This document shows positions 54,808-64,000 of a stretch of DNA of 64,000 nucleotides, one piece after another (position 1 is the stretch's first letter; the number at the start of each line of letters is the position of its first letter). Source of the DNA: an uncultured Chloroflexia bacterium (GTDB lineage Bacteria; Chloroflexota; Limnocylindria; Limnocylindrales; CSP1-4); contig CAVUSI010000001.1 of the NCBI GenBank assembly GCA_963744115.1, forward strand, positions 48,718 to 112,717, in the 5' to 3' direction. Under the pieces are notes generated by a model that was given only the letters and a program-made list of their open reading frames with translations, was not told the origin of the DNA and ran no database searches. The position numbers were made by a program, and so were the translations under genes.

Positions 54808-56604
54808 GTGATGAGCCACCACGCCGCTTCCCCCCGGATGCGCGGCATGACGCCACGCCGCCCCCGGGCGCGACGCATCGGCGCCGGGCTGATCGGCGTC
54901 GGACTCGTCCTGCTCCTCCCGGCGCTGGCGCTGGCCCATCCGCTCGGCAACTTCACGATCAACCACTACGCCGGGATCCGTGTCGAGCCGAGCCGTCTGA
55001 TCCTCGACGTCGTCATCGACCAGGCGGAGATCCCGACCTTCCAGGAGAAGCTTCGGATCGACACCGATGGCGACGGCTCCGTCTCCGACGACGAGATCGA
55101 GGCCGAACGAGTGACCGCCTGTCCGACCCTCGCGGAGTCCCTGGTCCTGACGGTCGACGGGGCCGTTCTGCCACTCACGGCGGTGGCCGCCGGGCTGTCC
55201 TTCCCACCCGGGGCGGCCGGGCTTGAGACGATGCGGCTCGCCTGCACCTACAGCGCGACCCCGCCGAATGGCCTGACGGCTGCGACCCAGGTCACCTTCC
55301 GCGACACCTCCCACGGGGAGCGGCTGGGCTGGCGCGAGATCGTCGCCACCGGGAGCGGGGTGACGATCGATGCGGGCGACCTCCCGACGACCTCGCGGTC
55401 CGAGCGGCTGACCACCTACCCGAAGGACCTCCTCACCCAGCCGCTCGACGTCCGGTCGGCCTCATTCGCGGCGTCGCCGGGTGGACCGACCCTCGAACCC
55501 CTCGTCGTCCCCGACGCGACGCCGTTGCCTGGCGCACCGGCGCTCTATCCGACGGATAGCGTGGGCACAGGCGCGCCGGCCGCCGGCGGCGGGTCGGTCG
55601 GCACCGGAACGGGAGCCCCCGGGGCCGCGCTCCCGGCATCGGCCGCGGGCGCCGAGGCCGGGTCCCAGGCCCCGGCCGTCACCGCAACGGACGCGGTCCC
55701 CGGCGGCGTCGGCGCGGAGGTGTCGGGCCTGCTCCAGACCCGCGACCTGACGCCGTTCGTCCTGCTCGGCTCGCTGCTGGCCGCGATGGCCCTGGGGGCC
55801 GGCCACGCGCTGACGCCCGGCCATGGCAAGACGCTCATGGGTGCCTACCTCGTCGGGACGCGCGGGACGGCCGTCCATGCGGTCGCGCTCGGGCTCAGCG
55901 TGACGGTATCCCACACGCTCGGGATCCTCGTCCTCGCGGCCATCGTCATCGCGATGCGCGACGTCGTGTCGCCGGAGGCGTTCAATCGGATCGCGCCGAT
56001 CGCATCCGGGCTGCTGGTCATCGGGATCGGCGGCTGGCTGCTGGTCAGCCAGGTCGGGGCCAGACGGGAGCGCGCGGCGACCCGAGCCGGCGGTCCGACC
56101 CACGACCACGACCACGACGCCGGCCACGACCACGACGCCGGCCACGACCACGACCATCCACATGACCACGCCGACCGCCACGACCACGACACCGACCCGC
56201 TCGCCCTTGCCGCGGCTGACGGGATGCACAGCCACGGCGGCATCACCCACAGCCATCTGCCGCCAGCCGGGTCGAGCGTCAGCTGGCGGAGCCTGTTCGT
56301 GCTGGGGTTGGCGGGCGGGATCATCCCGTCGACCAACGCCCTGATCATCCTGCTCGCGACGATCGCGACCGGCCGGGCTGTCTACGGCCTGATCCTCGTG
56401 GTCGCGTTCGGCCTCGGCATGGCGGTCGTGCTCGGAGGCGTCGGTCTCGGGCTGGTCCTCGCCCGCGGTCGGATGGACTCGCTGCCTGTCTCGTCGAGCG
56501 TCGGTCGGGTCGCCGCCTACGCACCGATCATGGCCGGGGTGCTGGTCCTGTCACTGGGGATCTACCTGACGACCCAGGCCGTTGGCGTCGCGCCGAGCCT
56601 CTGA
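54808..56604 (+). CDS. NicO/RcnA-family nickel/cobalt transporter fused to an N-terminal extracytoplasmic domain
   Basis: Signal/TM IGAGLIGVGLVLLLPALALA; HPLGNFTINHY; EF-hand-like DTDGDGSVSDDE; NicO signature GHALTPGHGKT; His/Asp loop HDHDHDAGHDHDAGHDHDHPHDHADRHDHD. GTG 54808 or ATG 54811. Confidence 0.8.
   Translation: MMSHHAASPRMRGMTPRRPRARRIGAGLIGVGLVLLLPALALAHPLGNFTINHYAGIRVEPSRLILDVVIDQAEIPTFQEKLRIDTDGDGSVSDDEIEAERVTACPTLAESLVLTVDGAVLPLTAVAAGLSFPPGAAGLETMRLACTYSATPPNGLTAATQVTFRDTSHGERLGWREIVATGSGVTIDAGDLPTTSRSERLTTYPKDLLTQPLDVRSASFAASPGGPTLEPLVVPDATPLPGAPALYPTDSVGTGAPAAGGGSVGTGTGAPGAALPASAAGAEAGSQAPAVTATDAVPGGVGAEVSGLLQTRDLTPFVLLGSLLAAMALGAGHALTPGHGKTLMGAYLVGTRGTAVHAVALGLSVTVSHTLGILVLAAIVIAMRDVVSPEAFNRIAPIASGLLVIGIGGWLLVSQVGARRERAATRAGGPTHDHDHDAGHDHDAGHDHDHPHDHADRHDHDTDPLALAAADGMHSHGGITHSHLPPAGSSVSWRSLFVLGLAGGIIPSTNALIILLATIATGRAVYGLILVVAFGLGMAVVLGGVGLGLVLARGRMDSLPVSSSVGRVAAYAPIMAGVLVLSLGIYLTTQAVGVAPSL
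56101..56196 (+). repeat. CAC/GAC-rich microsatellite-like repeat, including gccggccacgaccacgac twice, encoding the His/Asp loop of the NicO transporter
   Basis: cacgaccacgaccacgac, then gccggccacgaccacgac at 56119-56136 and 56137-56154, then further cac/gac codons. Confidence 0.8.
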
Positions 56605-56633
56605 CCGGGCGGACGTCGGGCGGTCGCGTGCGC

Positions 56634-56639
56634 TACGCT
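56634..56639 (+). promoter_or_regulatory. -10-like box TACGCT, 8 nt upstream of the tldD ATG
   Basis: TACGCT-cacgcccc-ATG. Confidence 0.3.
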
Positions 56640-56647
56640 CACGCCCC

Positions 56648-58096
56648 ATGCGCGACCTGACCGATCGAGCGCTGTCGACGGCCTCAATCCGAGGCGCGAG
56701 CTATGCCGACGTCCGGGTCGTCCGACGGCTCGAGGAATCGATCGCGATCAAGACAGGTCGGGTCGAAGGCGTGGCGAGCGGCGAGTCCGAGGGCTTCGGG
56801 ATCCGCGTCCTCGTCGACGGCGCCTGGGGGTTCGCCAGCTCGTATCGTCTGGAGGCCGCCGAGGTCGACCGGGTCGCCGCAGAGGCGGTCCGGATCGCCC
56901 GCGCCAGCGCCACCGCCCTGCGCCACCGGGTCCAGCTCGACGACCGGCCGCCTGCCAACGGCACCTACGAGACGCCCCTCGTCGAGGACCCGTTCGCCGT
57001 CCCGCTCGAGACGAAGATCGCGGACCTCCTCGCCGCCGACCGCGCCGCCGCCTCGGTCCGAGGGATCGGCTACACCGAGTCCGCGTACGGCGCCCAGCGG
57101 GAGTGGAAGACGTTCGCCTCGTCGGACGGGAGCTTCACCGAGCAGACCATCACCCACGTGGGTGCCGCCGTCGAGGCCAACGCGATCGCGGGCGACGAGC
57201 ATCAACGCCGCAGCTATCCGGACGCCGGCGGCGGCTGGAGCGCCGGCGGCTACGAGGTCATCCGCGACCTCGACCTGGCCGGGACCGCCGAGGGCCTGGC
57301 CGAGGAGGCCGTCGAGCTGCTGACCGCACCGCAATGCCCGAGCGGCCGATTCACCGTCGTCCTCGATCCGTCGCAGCTGTACCTCCAGGTCCACGAGAGC
57401 TGCGGCCACCCGACGGAGCTCGATCGGGTCTTCGGGACCGAGGCGTCCTACGCCGGAACCAGCTTCCTGACCACGGACAAGCTCGACGCCGGGTTCCGCT
57501 ACGGCTCCGATCTGATCGACATCGTCGCCGACGCGACCGCTCCCAACGGGATGGGCACGTTCGGATGGGACGACGAAGGCGTGGCCGCCCAGGCGGTGCC
57601 GCTGATCAAGGAGGGGATCTTCGTCGGCTACCTGTCCAGCCGCGAGACCGCGCCGCGGATCGGCCGGCGGTCCGGCGGTGCGATGCGCGCCGACGGCTGG
57701 AACCGGATCCCCCTCATCCGGATGACCAACGTCAACCTCCTGCCGAAACCGGGCATGAGCCTCGACGAGATCGTCGCCGATACTGATGACGGGCTTTACC
57801 TGAGCTCGAACCGGAGCTGGTCGATCGACGACCGACGGCTGAACTTCCAGTTCGCCACCGAGGTCGCCCGGGAGATCAAGGGCGGCAAGCTCGGCAAGCT
57901 CTACAAGAACCCCACCTACACCGGGATCACCTACGAGTTCTGGCGCTCGTGCGACGCCGTGGGCGATGAGCGGAGCTACAAGATGCTCGGCACGCCGAAC
58001 TGCGGCAAAGGCGAGCCCGGCCAGGGCGGTCACGTCGGACACGCGGTCAGCGGCGCTCGCTTCCGGAACGTCCAGATCGGCGTCGGCAAGTGGTAG
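56648..58096 (+). CDS. tldD: TldD-family metalloprotease
   Basis: From ATG 56648. YADVRV, GFGIRVLVDGAWGFAS, HESCGHPTELD (HExxxH-type site), GTPNCGKG. Confidence 0.9.
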   Translation: MRDLTDRALSTASIRGASYADVRVVRRLEESIAIKTGRVEGVASGESEGFGIRVLVDGAWGFASSYRLEAAEVDRVAAEAVRIARASATALRHRVQLDDRPPANGTYETPLVEDPFAVPLETKIADLLAADRAAASVRGIGYTESAYGAQREWKTFASSDGSFTEQTITHVGAAVEANAIAGDEHQRRSYPDAGGGWSAGGYEVIRDLDLAGTAEGLAEEAVELLTAPQCPSGRFTVVLDPSQLYLQVHESCGHPTELDRVFGTEASYAGTSFLTTDKLDAGFRYGSDLIDIVADATAPNGMGTFGWDDEGVAAQAVPLIKEGIFVGYLSSRETAPRIGRRSGGAMRADGWNRIPLIRMTNVNLLPKPGMSLDEIVADTDDGLYLSSNRSWSIDDRRLNFQFATEVAREIKGGKLGKLYKNPTYTGITYEFWRSCDAVGDERSYKMLGTPNCGKGEPGQGGHVGHAVSGARFRNVQIGVGKW

Positions 58097-58106
58097 GTCG
58101 TCGTCG

Positions 58107-59465
58107 GTGACCGGCCGCCGCGACGCGACGTCCTGGCTCGAGGTCGCCCAGGAAGCGATCCGCCTTGCCGTGGCCGATGGCGCCGGCCAGGCCGAGGCGC
58201 TGATCACCGCCGACGACGCGGCCCTGACCCGGTTCGCGAACAGCGAGATCCATCAGAACGTCTCCGAGACCAATGTCCAGCTCAACCTGCGGTATGTCGT
58301 CGGCCGCCGGGTCGGGGTCGCCTCGACCGGCCGGCTCGATGCGGACGGGCTACGGGCCGTGGCCGAGACCGCCGGTCGGATCGCCCGGAACGTCGAGGAG
58401 AACGACGAGTTCGAGTCGCTCCCGGAGCCGGGTGAGCCGATCAGGAACCTGCCGGCGGCGTTCGCGGCGGGGACCGCCGAGGCGACGCCCGAGCTTCGCG
58501 CCGAGGGGGCCCGCGAGGTCATCGCCGCGGCCGACGAGGTCGGCGTCACGGCGTACGGCTCGTTCGCCACGACGACCGAGGCGATCGCCCTCGCCAACTC
58601 GCTCGGGATCCGGGCGGCCGGGGAACGGACGACGTCCCAGCTGATCACTGTCTCGATGGGGCCCGACGGCGGGACCGGCTACGCCGAGGCCGCGGCGGTC
58701 GACGCGACGACGATCGATGCGGCGGGCCTCGGTCGCGAGGCCGCCGGCAAGGCCCGGGCGACGGCGAACGCGGTCGCGATCGAACCGGGCGAGTACCCCG
58801 TCGTCCTCGAGGAGTACGCGGTCGTCGACCTGCTCGACATGCTCGGCTACCTCGGCTTCAGCGCGCTGGCCGTCCAGGAGGGTCGCTCGTTCGCCGAGCC
58901 CGGCCGTCGCGTCGGGAGCGACCTGGTCGACATCTGGGACGACGGCGCAGACCCGAGCGGGCTCCCGATGGCGTTCGACTACGAGGGCGTCGCCAAGCAG
59001 CGTGTCTCCCTCATCGAGCACGGCATCTGCCGCGACGTCGTCTACGACTCGCAGACGGCGGCCCGCGCCGGTGTCCGATCGACCGGCCACGGCCTCCCGG
59101 CGCCGAACCCGTACGGGCCATTCCCGCTGAACATGCTGCTCGGGACCGGAACGACGTCACGCGACGACCTGATCGGGGGCCTCGACCGCGGCCTCCTCGT
59201 GACGCGCTTCCACTACACCAACCCGGTCCACCCGAAGCTGGCGATCGTGACCGGGATGACACGCGACGGCACGTTTCTGGTCGAGGGCGGCAGGATCGTC
59301 GGCCCGGTCAAGAACCTGCGATACACCCAGAGCTACCTCGAGGCCCTTGCCGGGGTCGAGGCGGTCGGCAACGAACGCCGCTGCCTTCGCGGGTTCCTCG
59401 GCGGCGTGGTGACGCCCGCCGTGCGGATCGCCTCGTGGACCTTCACCGGGGGAACCGAGCACTAG
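58107..59465 (+). CDS. pmbA: PmbA/TldE-family protein (TldD partner)
   Basis: From GTG 58107. TRFANSEIHQN, FDYEGVAKQRVSLIE, and the TldD/PmbA C-terminal fold motif VTRFHYTNPV. Confidence 0.85.
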   Translation: MTGRRDATSWLEVAQEAIRLAVADGAGQAEALITADDAALTRFANSEIHQNVSETNVQLNLRYVVGRRVGVASTGRLDADGLRAVAETAGRIARNVEENDEFESLPEPGEPIRNLPAAFAAGTAEATPELRAEGAREVIAAADEVGVTAYGSFATTTEAIALANSLGIRAAGERTTSQLITVSMGPDGGTGYAEAAAVDATTIDAAGLGREAAGKARATANAVAIEPGEYPVVLEEYAVVDLLDMLGYLGFSALAVQEGRSFAEPGRRVGSDLVDIWDDGADPSGLPMAFDYEGVAKQRVSLIEHGICRDVVYDSQTAARAGVRSTGHGLPAPNPYGPFPLNMLLGTGTTSRDDLIGGLDRGLLVTRFHYTNPVHPKLAIVTGMTRDGTFLVEGGRIVGPVKNLRYTQSYLEALAGVEAVGNERRCLRGFLGGVVTPAVRIASWTFTGGTEH

Positions 59466-59472
59466 CCGCCGG

Positions 59473-59931
59473 ATGGCCGAGCAGCCGTCGATCCGCCGCC
59501 GACTGGCCTGGCCGTTCGACGTCCCGACGCTGCGTCGGATCAAGCGGCTGTGGGTCCGCCACTCGATCGCCGAGGATGCCCGCGACATCGACGGTCTGAT
59601 CGCCACGCTCGGGCCCGATTGCGTCTACGAGCTCCTCCCCACCGGGCAACGATGGGAGGGTCATGCCGGCGCCCGGAGGTTCTATACGGAGCTCTTTTCG
59701 GCCTTCCCCGACAACGCCTTCGCGCTGACCGACATCGTCATCGGGCCGCAGGGCGTGTTCGAGGTCGCCACGCTGACGGGGACGAATCTCGGGCCGTGGG
59801 CCGGCACCCCGCCGAGCGGTCTGCCGCTGCGCCTCCGGATCCTGATCCACTTCCCGTGGGACCCCGCGACGGGGCTGTTCGGCGGCGAGCGGATCTACTT
59901 CGACCGCGGCGAGCTGGCGACGACCGAGTGA
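59473..59931 (+). CDS. SnoaL/NTF2-like fold protein
   Basis: 152 aa. IAEDARDIDGLIATLGPDCVYE...GHAGARRFYTELFSAFPD. Confidence 0.6.
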   Translation: MAEQPSIRRRLAWPFDVPTLRRIKRLWVRHSIAEDARDIDGLIATLGPDCVYELLPTGQRWEGHAGARRFYTELFSAFPDNAFALTDIVIGPQGVFEVATLTGTNLGPWAGTPPSGLPLRLRILIHFPWDPATGLFGGERIYFDRGELATTE

Positions 59932-59995
59932 CGCTCCGATCCCGCCGTCGCGCGTCGCAGAACCTCTAGCGGAATCCGACGATTCGCGTCATCGT

Positions 59996-60334
59996 ATGGG
60001 GGTGATCCAGGACGTCGGTTCGTACCTCGGCAACATCGACATCGGCCTCGCCCTCGTCGTGACGGTGGTGGGCGCCGCGCTCGCGATCCTCGGCCTGTGG
60101 TTCCTCGAATCGGTCGCCGACGACGTGCTGGGTGTGCTCCCCAGGATCGGCGCTCGACTGGGGCGGATGGTCGATCCGCGCGAACCGCCCGGTCCGTCGT
60201 GGGTCTGCCTCGACTGTCGCTCGCTCAACGAGTCGACGACGATCTGGTGCTACCGGGGATGCGGTTCCCGGTTGCGGCACCGCGACGGCTTCACCGATCC
60301 GACGCTGCTGGATCCGACCGCCGACGGGGACTGA
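59996..60334 (+). CDS. small TM + zinc-ribbon protein
   Basis: 112 aa. TM IGLALVVTVVGAALAILGLWFL, then CLDCRSLNESTTIWCYRGCG. Confidence 0.5.
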   Translation: MGVIQDVGSYLGNIDIGLALVVTVVGAALAILGLWFLESVADDVLGVLPRIGARLGRMVDPREPPGPSWVCLDCRSLNESTTIWCYRGCGSRLRHRDGFTDPTLLDPTADGD

Positions 60335-60359
60335 CCCGCGCAGCTGGGCGTGGGATCCA

Positions 60360-63289
60360 TCACCACTCGACCAGCTTCCAGATCTCCGGCTCGAGCTCGC
60401 CCGGGCGTCCGCCGACCTCGGCGAACAGCGCGACCGCGCGCTTGAGATGCGTCATCGCCTCCTCGCCCCGACCCGTGGCCTGGAGCAGGTCGGCCAGGTT
60501 GTTCTCGAGGGCGGCCTGACGATGGCGGTCTCCCTGGAGCTCGCACCGGGCGAGCGCGTCGCGGGTCAGCGCGATGGCCCGCTCACGGTCGCCCTCGTCG
60601 GCCGAGATGAGCGCGAGGGTGTTGAGTGCCGCCACGCGGAGGCCCGGGTCGATGGCGGCCTCGGGCCCGGGCGCGGCCTCGACCCGGTCGATCGCCGCGA
60701 TCGCGCGCTCGAGGTGGACCCGGGCGTCGCCGAGATCGCCACGGAACCGGGCGACGATCCCGAGCCGGTCCTCGGCCTGGGCCTCGCCGGCCCGGTCATC
60801 CGCCGCCAGCGCGATCGAGCGCGCCTCCTCCGCGAAGGCCTCGGCCCCGTCGAGGTCGCCGCTCCGTTGAGCGACCGCACTCCGGTCGGCCAGGATGCGC
60901 GAGCGGATGATGGGATCCCCGCCTGGTCCGACGGCATCCAGGGCGGCCATGAGGTGGCTCTCGGCCCGCAGCCAGTCGCCGCGCCGGGCCAGGACGAGGC
61001 CGAGCCGCTGGTCGATCGCGGCCTCGCGCTCGGGGCCGGCGAGCGCTCCGGCGGTCTCCAGGTGGGCGAGTGCGCCGTCGTAGTCGCCGAGCAGCGTCAG
61101 GACATCGCCGAGGGCCTCATGGATCTCGGCGACCGCCGGGTGGCCGAGCGCCAGCGCCGCCTCGAGGTGCTGGCGCGCCTCGGCGTTCGCGAAGATCGAT
61201 CGTGCCTGGTCGCCGGCCCTCCGGTGGGCGTCGGCGGCCTGGACGGTGCGTCCGGCCAGGGTCTCGTGGTTCGCGATGAGCGCCCAACGGTCACCGCCGG
61301 TACCCGCCCCGCTCCCCCCTGAGTGAGCGACTCCGCGACGCGGGCGTGGAGGAGTCGGCGGCGGGCGAGGCTCAGCCGCTCGTAGGCGACGTCGCGCAGG
61401 CGGCCGTGGGTGAAGTCGTACCGGACATCCGATGCCTGACCGGCGTCGACCTCCCGGACGAGCCCGCGCCCGATGAGCTCGTCGAGGCCGTCGACGGTCT
61501 CCTCGTCGGTCCTCCCGCTGGCGGACCTGACCGTCTCGAGGTCGAACGACCGGCCGATGACCGCCGCCGCGGCGAGGACCTGCCCGGCGACCTGTCCGGT
61601 CGCCTCGATCCGGGCAGTGAGGAGGGCGAGCACGCCGCTGGGGATCCGCTCATCCGATGGGACAGGGGTCGCCAGCGCCGCGACCACATAGAGCGGCAAC
61701 CCCTCCGAGCGCTCGAACAGGCGGTCGACCAGCTCCGGGTCGACCCCGGGACCCAGCGTCGCACCGGCGAGCTGGGCGACATCGACGCGGCGTAACCGGT
61801 CGAGCCGGACGCCCACAAGCCGACCGTCCAGCTCGGGGCTGTCGACGATGCGGTGACGATCGACCGGGCGCATCTCCTCGGTCCGCCAGGCGGCGAGGAT
61901 CCCCAACGGGCGGCCGTCGAGCCGGCGGCCGAGGTAGGCGACGAGCTCGACCGTCGATGCGTCGGCCCAGCCCAGGTCGTCGATCCAGATCATGCCCGGC
62001 TTCGGCCCGTCGGCGAGCGCGAGCAGCACCTCGATCAGCGCCTCGAACAGGCGCACCTGGCCGTTCGGGTCGAGCAGCGCCGCCGTCGGGTCGGCGACGA
62101 CACCGGGCAACGGGAGGAGTCGAGCGACCTCGGTGAGCGACTCGGGTCGGACCCTCGCCAGCCGAGCAGTTCCATCGGCGGTCGCCAGCCCGGCCCGGAT
62201 CAGCGCGGCGATCGGGGCCAGCGCGATCCCCTGTTCGCCGGGGTAGGCCCGACCCTCCAGGACGACCGCGCCCTGCGCACGGACGGCCGACGCCAGGGCG
62301 TCGCCCAGTCGGGTCTTGCCGATCCCCGGCTCGCCTTCGATGACGAGAAGTCGACCGTCGGGTCCGATCCCGTCATATCCCGCCATGAGTGCTGCCAGCG
62401 CGTCGACCCGACCGATCAACGGGGCCGACGGCGCGCCATCCGCGGCACGGCGTCGCCGGCGACCGTCGCTGCGGGCGCGCCTCGGGCCCGACGTCGTGCG
62501 GTCGACGAGACTGGAGGCGGAGGCTGTGAACCCGCCAGAGCGGATCGCCTCGGCCACGGCCGTCGTCTCGGCGAGCGGTCCGACGCCGAGCTCCCGATCC
62601 AGGATCCGGACGCACTCGCGATACTGCTGGAGCGCCGCGGCCGGCTCGCCGGCACGGGCGAGCTCGGTCATCAGCAGGCGGTGGGCGGGCTCGTGGAGAG
62701 GGTCGAGCTCGAGCCAGCGGCGGGTGATGACGATCGCCGCCGACGGAGCGCCGGCGGCGGACCGACCGCGAGCGAGGCGTTCGAGCGCGCCGGTCAGCTC
62801 GCGCCGATACGATTCGGCCTCGCTGAGCTGCCACTCGTCGAAGGTCTCGCTGTCGCGCAGGGAGAACCCCGCCATGAACTCGCCACGATCGAGTGCGGCC
62901 GCCCCATCGAGCAGCGCCAGACAGCGGGGACACGCAGCGTCCGCCGGGTCCCCGTGCGCGCGGACGTCGGCCAGGGCCCGCCGGAACGACGCGAGGTCGA
63001 CATCGAGTGCCTCCGGATCGAGCGCGACCGAGGTCCGGTCGATCTCCAGGCCGACCCCACCGAGCCCGCCGTTGAGGACCGACAACGTCCGCCGCAGGGC
63101 TCCGCGGGCCTCATCCCCACCCGACTCGGGCCAGAGCAAGGCCGCGAGCGACTCACGGCTCGCCGGGCGTTCCGTGACGGCGAGGTACGCCAGCAGCGCG
63201 ACGGCCTTCCGCGTGTCCACCGCCAGCGGGACGTCGTCGACCTCGATCCGCACGGGCCCAAGGAGGCGGATCCGAAGCGTCGAGGGCAT
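60360..63289 (-). CDS. SARP (AfsR/DnrI-type BTAD) + NB-ARC-like ATPase + TPR regulator; frame interrupted at the C6 run 61314-61319
   Basis: N-terminus: LRIRLLGPVRIEVDDVPLAVDTRKAVALLAYLA (OmpR-type wHTH + BTAD). Walker A: GEPGIGKT. After ...LLHARVAESL the frame turns to junk. The adjacent frame reads GDRWALIANHETLAGRTVQAADAHRRAGDQARSIFANAEARQHLEAALALG... (TPRs) through to the stop at 60360. Confidence 0.8.
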
Positions 63290-63295
63290 GGCGAT

Positions 63296-63301
63296 ACGGT
63301 A
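63296..63301 (-). promoter_or_regulatory. -10-like box TACCGT, 6 nt upstream of the SARP regulator ATG
   Basis: The minus strand reads TACCGT-atcgcc-ATG. Confidence 0.35.
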
Positions 63302-63388
63302 CCGCGGCGATCACCCATCTCGTAACGTTGTCCGAACGGCGCGCCGCCAGACTGCGGCGACATCCGCCTGAGGAGGCCCGCACTCGAC

Positions 63389-64000
63389 GTGCCGATGACG
63401 CAGCGACGCACGACGACGATCGCGACCGCGATCTGGCTCGCCACGATGGGACTCTGCCTCGCGTCGGTGACGCTGCTCCTGTCGACGCTGTGGGTCGTGG
63501 TCCCGGCGTCGTGGGGCTTCCGTGGTGCCTCGATCCTCGTCGGCGCGACGTTCGGGTCGGTCGGCGCGGTCGTCGCCCGCCGCCGTCCCGACAACTCGAT
63601 CGGGTGGCTGTTCTGTGTCATCGGGATCCTGTTCGCGACCCAGGCGTTCATCATCGAGTACACGATCACGGGTGTCCTGGCGGCGCCCGGCCGGCTGCCG
63701 TACGTGACGCAGATCGGCTGGCTCCTGACCTGGATCTGGGTGGTCCCGGCGGGGCTGGCGCTGATCTACCTCCCGCTCCTGTTCCCGACGGGACGGCTTC
63801 TGTCCCGTCGCTGGCGGCCGGTCGCCTGGCTGGGTGCGCTGAGCCTGACGGCATCGGCAGCAATCGTATCGATCGCTCCAGGGCCGATCGACCAGGCGAC
63901 GTACCTCGACAATCCGCTCGGATCGACGTCGATGACGACCAGCGACTTCATCACCCTGATCGCGCCGGCGTTCACCGCCTTCGGGTTGGCGATCCTCCTG
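63389..64000 (+). CDS. polytopic membrane protein, 3'-partial (N-terminal sensor-like domain, possibly a histidine kinase)
   Basis: Not in the ORF track because it has no stop inside the window. Own translation from GTG 63389: VPMTQRRTTTIATAIWLATMGLCLASVTLLLSTLWVV...RRRPDNSIGWLFCVIGILFATQAF...LPLLFPTGRLLSRRWRPVAWLGAL... Ends in-frame at 64000. AGGAGG at 63371-63376. Confidence 0.55.
   Translation, partial: MPMTQRRTTTIATAIWLATMGLCLASVTLLLSTLWVVVPASWGFRGASILVGATFGSVGAVVARRRPDNSIGWLFCVIGILFATQAFIIEYTITGVLAAPGRLPYVTQIGWLLTWIWVVPAGLALIYLPLLFPTGRLLSRRWRPVAWLGALSLTASAAIVSIAPGPIDQATYLDNPLGSTSMTTSDFITLIAPAFTAFGLAILL

Noticed and set aside
56648-60334. TldD/PmbA plus the small zinc-ribbon ORF and SARP regulator, considered as a RiPP or secondary-metabolite cluster
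   Set aside because: I could see no precursor-like peptide, cyclodehydratase, radical-SAM enzyme, lanthionine synthetase or exporter. TldD/PmbA pairs are common housekeeping genes.
63522-63707. 61-aa plus-strand ORF listed in the track (and the minus-strand ORFs at 62794-63669 and 63766-63975)
   Set aside because: A different plus frame, starting at GTG 63389, reads as a coherent polytopic membrane protein through to the window end. The listed ORFs are Arg/Ser-rich shadow frames.

Overview
This is a high-GC (about 70% G+C by eye), gene-dense bacterial chromosome segment. Gene content suggests a monoderm, Actinomycetota-like or related lineage: MreBC, UPF0182, GuaB3, trHbO, SigK/RskA, DarA. 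I call about 55 protein-coding genes. I saw no rRNA, tRNA, CRISPR array, transposase or integrase. Many long Arg/Pro/Gly-rich ORFs in the supplied track are high-GC shadow frames and are not called.

Layout:
- 1-18100: surface or cell-wall glycopolymer locus. It holds several GT4 and one GT2 glycosyltransferase, a Wzm/Wzt ABC exporter, a CDP-sugar operon (rfbF, rfbG, C-methyltransferase, cupin epimerase, SDR reductase, CmcI-type methyltransferase), a second methyltransferase and a DegT-like protein.
- 18160-20840: small repeat protein, DUF3048 lipoprotein, polyprenol-phosphate mannose synthase.
- 20906-27265: two giant secreted multidomain proteins.
- 27555-33019: mreB-mreC followed directly by rmlA-B-D-C on the same strand.
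- 33150-43400: cvpA, radC, CPBP protease, zinc-ribbon membrane proteins, UPF0182.
- 43445-50340: guaA, DUF5666 protein, tripeptidyl-aminopeptidase-like lipoprotein, truncated hemoglobin, guaB3.
- 50470-54700: NUDIX, c-di-AMP receptor DarA, GAF-GGDEF cyclase, tmk-sigK-rskA.
- 54808-64000: NicO-type metal transporter, TldD/PmbA, SnoaL-like protein, SARP/NB-ARC/TPR regulator, 5' end of a polytopic membrane protein.

Most notable observations:
- Two adjacent exoproteins carry different catalytic heads on the same repeat stalk.
- A CDP-linked, C- and O-methylated deoxyhexose pathway is predicted.
- The DegT-family protein lacks the Schiff-base lysine segment.
- Four genes have in-gene frame switches.
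- TANNNT boxes sit 6-8 nt upstream of start codons at nine sites, a leaderless-like arrangement.
- Fourteen gene junctions have 4-nt start/stop overlaps.

All family assignments come from motif recognition by eye. No database search was run.
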